Assembly: GCA_029932915.1 (NCBI GenBank)
Contig: JAOZPE010000013.1
Coordinates: forward strand, 17-64,016
Length of the DNA: 64,000 bases
From: Candidatus Krumholzibacteriia bacterium
GTDB taxonomy: Bacteria > Krumholzibacteriota > Krumholzibacteriia > JAJRXK01
Reading direction: 5' to 3'
The notes under the pieces were generated by a model. That model was given only the letters and a program-made list of their open reading frames with translations. It was not told the DNA's origin and made no database searches. How positions within the stretch are numbered: the first letter of the stretch is position 1; each line of letters starts with the position of its first letter. The translations under genes and the position numbers were made by a program. Positions 1 through 10,044 of this stretch are shown here, one piece after another.

Positions 1-162
1 GGATCGTGCGTGGTCCAGCCCTGCCAGTCGGGCTGGCCGTGGAACACGACACCACATACATAGCGTACCGATGCTCGAAACAGAGGGTCAAGGAAGGTGC
101 TGACAAAGTGGACTCCGGGCGCCTAGAATCGCTCTATTGATGCGATTCCCCGTCCTGGGAGG

Positions 163-996
163 ATGCAAATGGGCCCGTCGAGACCCTCTCGAAATGTTCC
201 GCCGATCAGCGGAGTCGACGCTCCCATCGCCGAGGGTCTGACCCATCTGGGACTGAGCAACTACGAGGTTCGGGTCTACCTGGCCATCCTGCGCCATCCC
301 CGCTCACGTGTCCCCGAGATCGCGCGCCTGAGCAAGGTTCCTCAGCCGAAGGTCTATACCACCTTGAAGAGCCTGATCGCCCGTGGCCTGTGTGAGAATC
401 TCCTCGGTTCGGTCAACACCTATGTGGCCCAGCCACCCCAGGACGCATTCCGTCCCCTGCTGGAGGATCTTCGCGCGCGCGAAGCGACGACCCGGGAGGC
501 AGTGGCCCGCCTGAAGGAGGAGTACAGTACGGCAGGTGGTCCCCTTCACCGCCGGGAGGGACGGGTGCGTCTCTTCCAGGGCCGTCACGCCGCGGCCCGT
601 ACCTACAAGATCCTGTTGAATGCGGTGGAGAAGGACGCGGTGGTCATCGCACGCTTGCCCCTGGTGGTCAGCGACGACGCCGAACTCATGCGGGAGAAGG
701 TGGAGGTGGGCGTGCGCCTGCGACAGCTCTACGAACTTCCCGAAGGGCCCACCGAAGCGGTTCGCCAGCTTCTTCGCCCGCACCAGCGCAGCGGTGCCGA
801 GCTGCGCTGGCTGAGGAAGGTTCCCATGCGGATGGTGATCTTCGACCGGCAGATCACCGGACTGCCGATGGTCGATCCCCTGCCTTCCGAGGGCGACGGT
901 TTCACCATGCTCGAGATCCGCAACCAGGCGCTGAGCGAGGGCTTCTGCGAGATCTTCGAGAGTCTATGGGCAGAGTCTTCACCCTTGCCCCAGTGA
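163..996 (+). CDS. TrmB-family transcriptional regulator
   Basis: N-terminal TrmB wHTH pattern (LGLSNYEVRVYLAIL...EIARLSKVPQPKVYTTLKSL), coiled linker and C-terminal PLD-like sensor region (MVIFDRQ). Start codon uncertain. Confidence 0.8.
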   Translation: MQMGPSRPSRNVPPISGVDAPIAEGLTHLGLSNYEVRVYLAILRHPRSRVPEIARLSKVPQPKVYTTLKSLIARGLCENLLGSVNTYVAQPPQDAFRPLLEDLRAREATTREAVARLKEEYSTAGGPLHRREGRVRLFQGRHAAARTYKILLNAVEKDAVVIARLPLVVSDDAELMREKVEVGVRLRQLYELPEGPTEAVRQLLRPHQRSGAELRWLRKVPMRMVIFDRQITGLPMVDPLPSEGDGFTMLEIRNQALSEGFCEIFESLWAESSPLPQ

Positions 997-1044
997 CGGT
1001 TCGGCCGTGGGGTGCAGCGCAGCCCACGGCAGCCGCTCGCCGGG

Positions 1045-2733
1045 TCAGCCCTGCTGCGCGTCCTCCAGTCGTTGGCGTACCTCCTGCTGGATGGCCCGCC
1101 CGCGTTCCATGACTTCTTCGAGCGCCTTTTCGGCTCGCTTGCGGATCTGCCCCGCCCACTCGGCGTCGTCGTCCAGCCCGGCCAGATTGATGAGCACGTT
1201 GTAATAGGCGCCCTCGGCGCAGGTCATGCTGCACAGCGCGGCCACGCCGGCGTCACTCAGGCTGTTGGGATTGCCTCGCCGGGCGACCTGCTCGGTCAGC
1301 TCCAGGACAGGAAGGTTGCGCTCGAGAACCTCCAGCGGCACCAGCGTGGCCTGCCGGTTGGCCTCCTTCATGGCTTCCTCGCGCGCCGCTTTCTCCTGGT
1401 CGGTCTTCTTGGGAAGACGCCGGGCCGCGATCACCGCGTTGAAGGCCTCCGTATCGGCGTCGACCGCCCGCATGAGCCAGTCCTTGTGGGGTTGGGCCTG
1501 GACGGCGACCTCGTTCATCGCATCCCAGTCGTCCTCCTGTCCCTTCCTTCCCACGGTGAGATTGGCCACCATGGCGGTGAGCCCGGCGGCGAGGCTGCCG
1601 CACAGGGCCGCCACGCTTCCTCCTCCGGGCGCGGGCGACTCGCTGGAGAGTTCGTGGCCGAATCCGGTGAGGGTGAGGTCGCCCAGGCCCTTCTTTCCCT
1701 TGGCCAGGCGGTACTCGATGATCTTCTCCTGGGGATCGAAGCGGGCGACGTCGTGCAGGCCCAGGCTGCGGATGGCGACCTCGATGACCTCGGGCTCGGG
1801 CAGCCCGGCGCTCTTGCCCTGCTTGCGCAGGTAGTGGCGACCGGCCATGAGCATGGGCTCCAGGGGGACCAGGCCGACGATCTCGCTGCCGGTGACCCTC
1901 AGCCCGCGTTTCTGGGCCTCCTCGCAACAGGCGTCGAAGACCTCGTGCAGACTGCTCACCTTGTAGTTGGTCAGGTTCATGGAGATCTGGGCCAGCTTGT
2001 ACTCGTCGATGTACCAGCCGACGCCCTTGACGTTCTTGAAGCGGCCGGGAACCTTGATGGCCTTTCCGTTCTCGTCGCGGACGATGCGGCCGTTCGCATC
2101 GCGCTTGGCCCGGCCCTGTTCGCGGATGTCCAGGGCGATGTCACTGGCTTTCTTCTTGTCCTGTGTATTGAGATTGACGTTGTAGGCCAGCAGGAATTCA
2201 CGGGCGGAGATGGCGGTGGCGCCGGTGCGGGGATTGAAGACGGCCGGGCCGAAATCGGGTTTCCATTCGGGCTTCTTCAGTTTCTCCGGCAGTCCCTCGT
2301 ATTCACCGCTGCGCACGTCGGCCAGGTTGACCCGTTCGGGACGGGTGGCGGCATGCTCGTACAGGTAGACGGGGATGGACAGCTCTTCGCCCACCCGTTT
2401 GCCCAGACGGCGTGCCAGCTCCACGCACTCGTCCATGGTGATGTCGGCGACGGGCACGAAGGGGCAGACATCGGTGGCGCCCATGCGAGGGTGCTCACCG
2501 TGATGCTTGCTCATGTCGATGAGCTCGGCGGCCTTGGCGATGCCGCGGAAGGCTCCCTCCAGTACCGCTTCGGGCTCACCGACCACGGTCACCACCGTGC
2601 GGTTGGTGGCCGCACCGGGGTCGACGTCCAGGACCTGACATCCGTCGACGCCGTCGATGGCGGCCGTGATCTGATCGATCACCGCCAGATCGCGGCCTTC
2701 GCTGAAATTGGGTACACATTCGACGATGGCCAT
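1045..2733 (-). CDS. ftcD: Bifunctional glutamate formimidoyltransferase / formiminotetrahydrofolate cyclodeaminase
   Basis: Starts MAIVECVPNFSEGRD; HPRMGATDVCPFVP; C-terminal cyclodeaminase motif SPAPGGGSVAAL. Start moved to ATG 2733. Confidence 0.93.
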   Translation of the reverse strand: MAIVECVPNFSEGRDLAVIDQITAAIDGVDGCQVLDVDPGAATNRTVVTVVGEPEAVLEGAFRGIAKAAELIDMSKHHGEHPRMGATDVCPFVPVADITMDECVELARRLGKRVGEELSIPVYLYEHAATRPERVNLADVRSGEYEGLPEKLKKPEWKPDFGPAVFNPRTGATAISAREFLLAYNVNLNTQDKKKASDIALDIREQGRAKRDANGRIVRDENGKAIKVPGRFKNVKGVGWYIDEYKLAQISMNLTNYKVSSLHEVFDACCEEAQKRGLRVTGSEIVGLVPLEPMLMAGRHYLRKQGKSAGLPEPEVIEVAIRSLGLHDVARFDPQEKIIEYRLAKGKKGLGDLTLTGFGHELSSESPAPGGGSVAALCGSLAAGLTAMVANLTVGRKGQEDDWDAMNEVAVQAQPHKDWLMRAVDADTEAFNAVIAARRLPKKTDQEKAAREEAMKEANRQATLVPLEVLERNLPVLELTEQVARRGNPNSLSDAGVAALCSMTCAEGAYYNVLINLAGLDDDAEWAGQIRKRAEKALEEVMERGRAIQQEVRQRLEDAQQG

Positions 2734-2843
2734 GGGACTCTCCGTGGGCTCGTGGAGTACGGGAAACGACCGGGCAGAGAAGATAGGCCGCTGTGGACGA
2801 GGATTCAAGGCGGCCGGAGCCGTGTCCTCGACGTGGAGGCGAG

Positions 2844-3665
2844 ATGGGTACCTTGGAGGGAAAGACCCTGTTCATCACCGGCGCCAGCCGGGGGATCGGC
2901 AAGGCCATCGCCTTGCGGGCGGCCCGCGACGGCGCCCGGGTGGTGCTGGCGGCCAAGACCACCCGCGAGCATCCTCGTCTGCCGGGGACCATCCACAGCG
3001 CAGCGGCGGAGATCGAGGCGGCCGGCGGGCGGGCCTTGCCGGTGAAGTGCGACGTGCGCCGGGAGGAGGAGGTGGAGGCCGCGGTCACGGCGGCCGTCGA
3101 GCACTTCGGGGGCATCGACATCCTGGTGAACAACGCCGGCGCTCTCGCCCTCACGCCCACCCTGGAGACCTCGATGCGGGTCTGGGACCGTCTCTTCTCG
3201 GTGAACGCCCGTGCCGCCTTCCTGTGTTCGAAGGTGTGTCTTCCCCACCTGATGAACGCGGAGAATCCGCACATCCTGAACATCTCCCCGCCTCTGAACT
3301 GGGACCCGAGATGGTTCAAGGATCACGCCGCCTACAGCATGTCCAAGTACGCGATGAGCGTCTGGGTGATGGCGATGAGCGCGGAGTTCGCCGAGCAGGG
3401 GGTCGCGGTGAACGCCCTGTGGCCGCGCACGATCATCGCCACCGCGGCGGTCCGGAATCTGCTGGGCGGCGAGCCCATGGTGCGGCGCAGCCGCAAGCCC
3501 TCGATCATGGGCGATGCGGCCCGGGCCATCCTGGTGCGCGAGAGCCGCTCGTGTACCGGACGCTTCTTCCTCGACGAGGATGTGCTGCGGGAGGAGGGCG
3601 TCGTGGACTTCGACGCCTATGCGGTGGAGCCGGGTCAGGATCTCGTGCCGGACCTCTTCGTGTGA
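2844..3665 (+). CDS. SDR oxidoreductase (HSDL2-like)
   Basis: ITGASRGIG, ILVNNAG, YSMSK catalytic motif, VNALWPRT; GGAGG RBS before ATG 2844. Confidence 0.9.
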   Translation: MGTLEGKTLFITGASRGIGKAIALRAARDGARVVLAAKTTREHPRLPGTIHSAAAEIEAAGGRALPVKCDVRREEEVEAAVTAAVEHFGGIDILVNNAGALALTPTLETSMRVWDRLFSVNARAAFLCSKVCLPHLMNAENPHILNISPPLNWDPRWFKDHAAYSMSKYAMSVWVMAMSAEFAEQGVAVNALWPRTIIATAAVRNLLGGEPMVRRSRKPSIMGDAARAILVRESRSCTGRFFLDEDVLREEGVVDFDAYAVEPGQDLVPDLFV

Positions 3666-3689
3666 GAGGGACGACGCGGCACGGGGCGC

Positions 3690-5351
3690 TCAGCTCAACA
3701 GCTCGGAGAGTTGTTGGCGCAGTTCGGTGATCCCGAAGGGCTTGGACAGGAATGAGGTCTTCTCCCCGCCGAGATAGTGTGGCTGGGTCTCCAGCTCATC
3801 GAAGCCGCTGGTGATGAGGACCGGAAGGTCATCGTTGCGCTGGCGGATGCGCTCGAGGAGTTCCTCTCCGCTCATGCCGGGCATCGTCATGTCGGCCATG
3901 ACCAGTCGATAGCGCCCGGCGTTCTCCTGGAAGCTCTTCCATCCCTCGTTGCCGTTCACCGCGACCTCGACCTCGAAACCGAGGACCTCGAGGAGACGGC
4001 GGGTGACGTTGCGGACGGTCTCCTCGTCCTCGACCAGGAGGATCACTCCTTCGCCCTGCCATTCCTCCGAAGCGGCCGTTTCCTTCTCACCCTTCGGCGG
4101 GGCCTTGTCCTTGGTCGCGAGGAAGCAGACGCGGAAGATGCTGCCGCGGCCCACCGAGCTCTCGACATGGATCGTGGCATCCATTCCCCGGATGATGCCG
4201 AGGGTCGACGCCAGGCCCAGACCGCGTCCGGCGAACTTGGTGCTGAAGAAGGGATCGAAGATCCTCGACAGGGTCTCCTTGTCCATTCCCTTCCCGTCGT
4301 CCTCCACCTCGAGGAAGACGTATTCACCCTCGGGGAGATCGCGGTCGATCCAGGTCGATCGCAAGACTTCGCGGGTGCAATTCAACACACCGGTGCGCAC
4401 CCGGATGTGTCCCCCGTCCTTCTCGATCGCCTCGGCGGCGTTGACCAGCAGATTCAGGATGACCTGGCGGATCTGTCCGGCGTCTCCGTAGATGGCCGGC
4501 GGCGAGGGAAGGAGCTCGATGTCCAGGCGGGCGTTGCGCGGAACCGAGACCCGGAAGAGGTGGCGCATGTCCTCGACCAGGTCGGACAGGTCCAGCAGCT
4601 CGGGCTCGGTGTGTCCACGGCCGGCGTAGATGAGCATGCGGCGGGCGAGGTCGGTGGCCTTCTCGGCGGCGCGGCGGATCTCGTCGACGTGGGCCCGGGC
4701 CGGGTGACCGGCGGGGAGGTGTTCCAGGGCGAGTTCGGCGCTGCCCCGGACACTGCTCAACAGGTTGTTGAAGTCGTGGGCGATACCCCCGGCCAGGACG
4801 CCCAGGCTCTCGAGCTTCTGGGCGTGCAACACCTGTGCCTGCAGGTTCTCGCGCTCCTCTTCGGCCTTCTTCCTCGCCGTGATGTCGGTCATGGTGACCA
4901 GGTCGGCGGGCCGTCCCTGGAAGCGCACGGTCTTCGAGTAGATCTCCACCCAGCGGACCTCGCCGTCGGAGGAGACGATGCGCAGGGGATAGTTGGTCAC
5001 CACGTCCCGGTCGCCGCGCATCTTCCGGTTGATCTGGTCGATGACGAAATCGCGGTCCTGGGAGTGGATGATGCGGGCGATCTGTTCGGAGGGAGGCATC
5101 ACGTTGAGCTCGGCGAGGCTGTAGCCGACCATCCTGGCGAATGCCTCGTTGACGAACTTCGCCTTGGAGTCCTGCAGAACGAGGATTCCCATCATCGACT
5201 GTTCGGAGATGACCCGGAACTTCTCTTCGCTGATCCGTAGCGCTTCCTCTGCCGCGTCCCGGCGCCGCTCGGCCTCTTCGAGCATGGCCAGGCGCTGCTG
5301 CAGGGCGAGCAGCTTCGCGTGGAGTTCCTCGTAGTCTTCCGCATGGGGCAT
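3690..5351 (-). CDS. PAS-domain hybrid sensor histidine kinase / response regulator
   Basis: Coiled coil, PAS domain, H-box AGGIAHDFNNLL, N/G/F boxes (NLLVNA, DDGKGM, FDPFFSTK, GRGLGL), C-terminal REC domain (LVEDE, DMTMPGMSG, KPF). Start placed at MPHAED. Confidence 0.9.
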   Translation of the reverse strand: MPHAEDYEELHAKLLALQQRLAMLEEAERRRDAAEEALRISEEKFRVISEQSMMGILVLQDSKAKFVNEAFARMVGYSLAELNVMPPSEQIARIIHSQDRDFVIDQINRKMRGDRDVVTNYPLRIVSSDGEVRWVEIYSKTVRFQGRPADLVTMTDITARKKAEEERENLQAQVLHAQKLESLGVLAGGIAHDFNNLLSSVRGSAELALEHLPAGHPARAHVDEIRRAAEKATDLARRMLIYAGRGHTEPELLDLSDLVEDMRHLFRVSVPRNARLDIELLPSPPAIYGDAGQIRQVILNLLVNAAEAIEKDGGHIRVRTGVLNCTREVLRSTWIDRDLPEGEYVFLEVEDDGKGMDKETLSRIFDPFFSTKFAGRGLGLASTLGIIRGMDATIHVESSVGRGSIFRVCFLATKDKAPPKGEKETAASEEWQGEGVILLVEDEETVRNVTRRLLEVLGFEVEVAVNGNEGWKSFQENAGRYRLVMADMTMPGMSGEELLERIRQRNDDLPVLITSGFDELETQPHYLGGEKTSFLSKPFGITELRQQLSELLS

Positions 5352-5576
5352 GATGGACCCGATGCCTCTGCTCTGGGGTTGGCGCGGACGGCGGCCGCCA
5401 TGGTGGACCGACGGGTGGCCGCCGGGAGGAGGATAGCAGGATTCCGTCGCGGCGGCGAGGAGCGAGAGCCCTTCATCCGGTGGCCTGGGTTGTGGAGTCG
5501 CCGGTGGAGACCGGCTATGATCATCTCCCCGTCCGGAGAGCCGCGGCGCCGGGGCGTCGCCAACGAAGGAGCCCAG

Positions 5577-6359
5577 ATGGATTCGAATCGTCCGCATCAT
5601 GCTCTCGTGTGTGGAGCCAGCATGGGGATCGGCGAGGCCGCCGCCTTTGCCCTGGCGCGCCGCGGTGTCGCCTTGACCATCCTCGCGCGCAACGCAGAGG
5701 CGCTCGAAGAGCGGGTCGAGCGTCTGAAGGCGGAAGGCGCGCCGTGGGCGCTTGCCCTGCCCGCCGACCTGGACGATCTGTCCACGGCCGAGCCGGCGGT
5801 GCGGGCACACGTGGAGGAGCACGGTCCCGTCCACATCCTCGTCAACAACTCGGGAGGACCGCCCTTCGGCCCCCTTCTGGACGCCGGAGCGGACGACCTG
5901 CTGCGGGCCTTCTCCCGTCACGTCCTGGCCTCGCACCTGCTGGTGCAGATCTGTCTGCCGGGGATGCAGGCCGACGGTTACGGGAGGATCGTGAACATCG
6001 TTTCCACCTCGGTGTACGAGCCCATCCCGGGCCTGGGGGTGAGCAATACCATCCGGGCCGCAATGGCCGGCTGGTCGAAGTCGATCTCGCTGGAGTTGCC
6101 TCCGGGCGTGACCATCAACAACGTGCTGCCCGGGTTCACCGACACCGAACGGCTGGCCGAACTCAAGACCGCCCTGGCCCGCCGGCGCGGGGTCCAGGAG
6201 AGCGTCATCGAGGCGGAGTGGTTGGCGCAGATCCCCGAGGGCCGATTGGCGCAGCCCCGCGAGCTGGGCGAGTTCATCGCCTTCCTGGCCTCACCGGCCG
6301 CGGCCTACATCCGCGGACAGAGCATCGCCGTCGACGGAGGCAAGATGCGCAGCATCTGA
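5577..6359 (+). CDS. SDR oxidoreductase (FabG-like)
   Basis: CGASMGIG, ILVNNSGGP, NNVLPGFTDT, IAVDGG; AAGGAG RBS before ATG 5577. Confidence 0.88.
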   Translation: MDSNRPHHALVCGASMGIGEAAAFALARRGVALTILARNAEALEERVERLKAEGAPWALALPADLDDLSTAEPAVRAHVEEHGPVHILVNNSGGPPFGPLLDAGADDLLRAFSRHVLASHLLVQICLPGMQADGYGRIVNIVSTSVYEPIPGLGVSNTIRAAMAGWSKSISLELPPGVTINNVLPGFTDTERLAELKTALARRRGVQESVIEAEWLAQIPEGRLAQPRELGEFIAFLASPAAAYIRGQSIAVDGGKMRSI

Positions 6360-6401
6360 GGTGGAGGATGCGGGGCATCCGATGCCGGTGGGAGGGATCG
6401 C

Positions 6402-7970
6402 CTACAGCAGGATGCGCCGCCGCCGTCCTCGCCGGCCCTCCTCGAGGGCCTCCTGCCAGCGCGCGGTCGCCGGCTCGTCCAGCGGTCCGAGGAAGGCGCG
6501 CCAGGTGCGTCTCCACAGCAGATCGTCGAGGGTCTCGGCGAATTCCTCGCGGACAGCGTGGATGATCTCCGCCCGGATGAACGGCAGGCCGTCTTCCATC
6601 GCCTCGCCCCATTCGGGGTGCTCGCGCACCATCTGGAGGATGTGGACATGGCGGCTGCCGTAGGTGCCCAGGAGATACCGCAGGGTCTCCATCGGCAGGC
6701 GCAGTTCGCGCACCAGCACATTCTCGGCCACCTGGAAGTAGTCGTTCATGTCGGCGATGTCCCCGCCCGGCAGCGGGCGTTCCGAAGTGGTGGAGGCGGG
6801 CAGGTCGCGGCGGTCGAGCAGGAGGGCCACTCGGTCGACCGCGTCGGCCGCCACCCGGCGGTAGGTGGTGAATTTTCCCCCGAGCACGCACAGCAGCCCG
6901 GGCGCCTCTTCGCGGATCTGCGCCTCCCGGCTGACCTCGCCCAGTTCCTCATCGGAGCCGGGGGGAAGGGTTCGCAGCCCGGCGAAGGAGGACAGGACCG
7001 GGAATCCCCGGCTCCGGGTCTCGGGGAAGAAGTTGGCCAGCTCGCGCAGCAGGTACGCGATCTCCTCGGGCGTGGGCTGGGCTTTCTCCGGCGGCGCGGT
7101 GTGCTCGACCTCGGTGGTTCCCACCAGGCTGCGTCCCTTCCAGGGCAGGACGAAGAAGATGCGTCGATCCTGACGCGCCTGCAGCAGGATCCCGTGCCCG
7201 CGGGTGAGCCGGGGCACCACGATGTGGGTTCCCCGGCTCAGTCGGGGCTCGGGCGATCGGCTGAGCTGCTGCATCCCGGTGATCCGTGCGGTCCACGGAC
7301 CGGCCGCGTTCACCACCACCGGGGCATGGACCGTGGTCTCCTCGCCGTGGAGCGTGTCGTGCAGCACCACGCCCTCGATACGCTCGTCGCGGACCACGAG
7401 GTCGCGGCATTCCACCCGCGTGAGGATCACCGCTCCATGGGCCTGGGCGTCGAGGGCGTTCTCCAGCACCAGGCGCGCGTCGTTCATCTGGGCGTCATGG
7501 AAGCGGAAGGCACCGAGCAGACCCTGCTCCTGCAGATGGGGCTCCTCCTGCCGGACCGCCCCGGCCGGCAGCATGCGGTGGCGTCCCAGGCTGCGCCGGC
7601 CGGAGAGGAGATCGTAGAGCGCCAGGCCGGCGCGCAGCTTCCAGCGGGGCCGGCTGATGCCGCGGTACACCGGCAGCAGGAAGGGGAGGGGCCGCACCAG
7701 GTGCGGAGCGATGCGCAGGAGGATCTCCCTCTCGTGCAGGCTTTCGGATACCAGATGGAAGCGGAGGTATTCGAGGTAGCGCAGTCCCCCGTGGGCCAGC
7801 TTCGAGCTGGCACCGCTGGTGGCCGAGGCGAGATCGTCCTTCTCCACCAGCAACACCGAGAGGCCGCGCAGGGCGGCGTCCCTGGCGATGCCGCAGCCGG
7901 TGATGCCCCCGCCGACGATGATCACATCGAAACGGCGGCCGGAGAGTTCGGTGATCTCGCGGGTTCTCAT
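6402..7970 (-). CDS. glpD: FAD-dependent glycerol-3-phosphate dehydrogenase
   Basis: GGGITGCGIARDAALRG, SSKLAHGGLRYLE, VVNAAGPW, GGKFTTYR; ATG 7970 overlaps the upstream stop (ATGA). Confidence 0.9.
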   Translation of the reverse strand: MRTREITELSGRRFDVIIVGGGITGCGIARDAALRGLSVLLVEKDDLASATSGASSKLAHGGLRYLEYLRFHLVSESLHEREILLRIAPHLVRPLPFLLPVYRGISRPRWKLRAGLALYDLLSGRRSLGRHRMLPAGAVRQEEPHLQEQGLLGAFRFHDAQMNDARLVLENALDAQAHGAVILTRVECRDLVVRDERIEGVVLHDTLHGEETTVHAPVVVNAAGPWTARITGMQQLSRSPEPRLSRGTHIVVPRLTRGHGILLQARQDRRIFFVLPWKGRSLVGTTEVEHTAPPEKAQPTPEEIAYLLRELANFFPETRSRGFPVLSSFAGLRTLPPGSDEELGEVSREAQIREEAPGLLCVLGGKFTTYRRVAADAVDRVALLLDRRDLPASTTSERPLPGGDIADMNDYFQVAENVLVRELRLPMETLRYLLGTYGSRHVHILQMVREHPEWGEAMEDGLPFIRAEIIHAVREEFAETLDDLLWRRTWRAFLGPLDEPATARWQEALEEGRRGRRRRILL

Positions 7971-8806
7971 GTGGAGCCTCCGCGCCGCCACCGCTTCACG
8001 GCGCCGCCCGCCGGGGTCTTTCCTCGTGCCGGTGGCCGCTCGGAGCGACGACTGGTGTCAGCCTGCTCCGGGTCCTTCCTCCGGTAGGTGTCGAGGACTG
8101 TCCGTGCGGCGGCCACGTCGTTGCAGCACACCCCGTGCGCGCCGCGGTCGAGTGCGGAGGTGATGGCCTCGCTTCCATCGACGGTCCAGCACCACAGGCG
8201 GGTTCCCGTACGGCGCACGCGCTCGACGAAGGAGGGAGTGAGGAGATCCCATCGTGCGCTGACCGCATGGAGGCGCCGGCGCTCGCGGGGGTCGAGGCGC
8301 AGGAACCGGGCCGGATCGCTGAGGATGAGCACGCCCGCCCGCCCCGCCTCCATGGCGCCCCGTACCAGCCCCGGATCGAAGGAGGCCAGCACATGGGGTG
8401 AGTGGCGGGGGACCAGCCGGAGGCATGCCTCGAGCAGACGGCGATTGGCCGCGTGCCGCCGCCCGCCGCCGTCCGACTTCAGTTCGAGGTACAGGGGAAC
8501 GCTGCGGCCCACCGTCCCGAGCACTTCGTCCAGTCGTGGCACCGGGGCGAAGGGCACGTCGGCGAAGCCCCGGGAGACGTCGACGCGGGCGAGGGCTTCG
8601 GCGCTCATGCGGTCGATGCGCCGGCGGATGCCCGCCCGTCTCGTGAGCGTCCGGTCGTGATGGACCATGACCTGCCCGTCGGCGGACAGACCCAGGTCCA
8701 TCTCGATCATGTCGGCGCCGCGCGCGACCGCCTGTTCGAAGGCGGCCAGGGTGTTCTCCGGCGCGTGGGCGCTGTCGCCGCGGTGTGCGATGAGAAGGGG
8801 ACTCAT
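7967..8806 (-). CDS. Glycerophosphodiester phosphodiesterase
   Basis: IAHRGDSAHAPENTLAAF, EMDLGLSADG, HHD, LELKS, WTVD motifs; coupled to glpD. Confidence 0.88.
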   Translation of the reverse strand: MSPLLIAHRGDSAHAPENTLAAFEQAVARGADMIEMDLGLSADGQVMVHHDRTLTRRAGIRRRIDRMSAEALARVDVSRGFADVPFAPVPRLDEVLGTVGRSVPLYLELKSDGGGRRHAANRRLLEACLRLVPRHSPHVLASFDPGLVRGAMEAGRAGVLILSDPARFLRLDPRERRRLHAVSARWDLLTPSFVERVRRTGTRLWCWTVDGSEAITSALDRGAHGVCCNDVAAARTVLDTYRRKDPEQADTSRRSERPPARGKTPAGGAVKRWRRGGST

Positions 8807-8922
8807 GACCCCCGGACGGGCAAGTGCCGTGCCGCCGGCAAGAGGGTGTCGTCGAGGAGGACGCAGGGGGGCGCGTTGTGGTAGCTTTCGGACGAGAGTT
8901 CCCGGTGGAAGGATGGTTTCCG

Positions 8923-9639
8923 ATGCGTCTGGGCGTTCTGGCGGATATCCACGGCAACCTCCCCGCGCTGGAGGCGGTGTTGGCCGACGCTGGGCAACGC
9001 GGAGTGGATGGCTACGCCTGCCTGGGCGACATCGTCGGCTACGGCCCGTATCCAGCCGAGTGCCTGGAGCGTCTGCGGAGTCTGGACTGCCACATCGTCC
9101 AGGGCAATCACGAAGCGGCCCTGCTGGGTCTGGCCTCGGCGGGGCGCTTCAACGACTATGCTCGAATTGCGCTCAAGATGACGCGCAAGTGGTTGGGAGA
9201 AGAGGAGTTGGAGTACCTGCGGAGTCTCGAGCCCAGGTTGGAGATCGGAGGCGAGATCCTGCTCTGCCACGGCTCTCCGGACGATCGGGACGAATACCTC
9301 ATCTTCGAGCATCAGATGGAGAGGGTGCTGGAGAAGGCCAGCTACTGGCTGACCTTCTGCGGCCACAGCCACCTGCAGTTCCTCCACGACGGGGAGACCC
9401 TGCACCGGGGTCCCCAGGAGGGCTTCGAACTCTCCGACGAGCGCCGCTACCTCATCAATCCCGGAAGCGTGGGGCAGCCGCGGGACGGCGACCCCCGGAC
9501 GGCCTATTGCGTCGTGGACACCACCGCCCGCCGGCTGGACCAGATCCGGCTGGACTACGACCTGGAGAAGACGGTCCGGGCCTACCAGGACGCGGAGCTG
9601 CCCGAGTACTCATGGCGGAGATTGCGGGAGGGACGGTAG
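8923..9639 (+). CDS. Calcineurin-like metallophosphoesterase
   Basis: DIHGN, GDIVGYG, GNHE, HGSP, GHSH and NPGSVGQPRDGD motifs. Confidence 0.9.
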   Translation: MRLGVLADIHGNLPALEAVLADAGQRGVDGYACLGDIVGYGPYPAECLERLRSLDCHIVQGNHEAALLGLASAGRFNDYARIALKMTRKWLGEEELEYLRSLEPRLEIGGEILLCHGSPDDRDEYLIFEHQMERVLEKASYWLTFCGHSHLQFLHDGETLHRGPQEGFELSDERRYLINPGSVGQPRDGDPRTAYCVVDTTARRLDQIRLDYDLEKTVRAYQDAELPEYSWRRLREGR

Positions 9640-9760
9640 CCGGGCGGGAGGATCCCGGATCCGCATGGGCGGCCCGCCGAGCCGGGGAGCCCCGGGAGCG
9701 GGTGGCGAAGCGATCCCTATCTGTATGGTGGACAACGAGATATGAGCCCACCGGCCCAAC

Positions 9761-9791
9761 GGGAAAGAGGAGGCTGCAGGCAGCCTCCTCT
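9761..9791 (-). terminator. Intrinsic terminator-like hairpin ending the candidate ncRNA (possibly bidirectional)
   Basis: GAGGAGGCTGC / GCAGCCTCCTC inverted repeat (9767-9790), followed on the minus strand by TTTCCC. The U-tract is short. Confidence 0.6.
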
Positions 9792-10038
9792 CTGATCACC
9801 GTTCGGCTAACCACGTTCACCGTTTCCGGTTGATCAACGATCCGGGCGGTAGGCTGCCTTCAGCCTCTGCTCTTCGTTCAAGCCACGGGGGTTGCCGGCT
9901 GAGCCGGTTTCCTTCGGGCATATGCCCAGAGACCGTGGTGACGGACAACACGATCCGGGTGCCCCACGCCCCCCGATCCGCACCGTCCGTTCCAGCGACA
10001 GCAGATGGGAAACCCATCGGTGCTACCGCCCAGGATCA
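9761..10038 (-). ncRNA. Candidate structured non-coding RNA of unrecognised family (~280 nt)
   Basis: Long-range closing helix (10023-10037 with 9839-9852), several nested helices, G-U pairs and a GAAA tetraloop that form only on the minus strand, upstream promoter and downstream terminator. Confidence 0.6.
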
Positions 10039-10044
10039 CGCCCA

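Noticed and set aside
1012-3045. 677-aa plus-strand ORF
   Set aside because: Antisense shadow of ftcD in GC-rich DNA; no recognisable motifs.
9839-10037. Assignment of the structured RNA as 6S, SRP, RNase P, tmRNA or a riboswitch
   Set aside because: The size fits 6S, but the fold is multi-branched rather than rod-like. No SRP GGAA domain, RNase P conserved regions or tmRNA termini were seen, and no downstream same-strand gene exists for a riboswitch. A divergent 6S cannot be excluded without cmscan.
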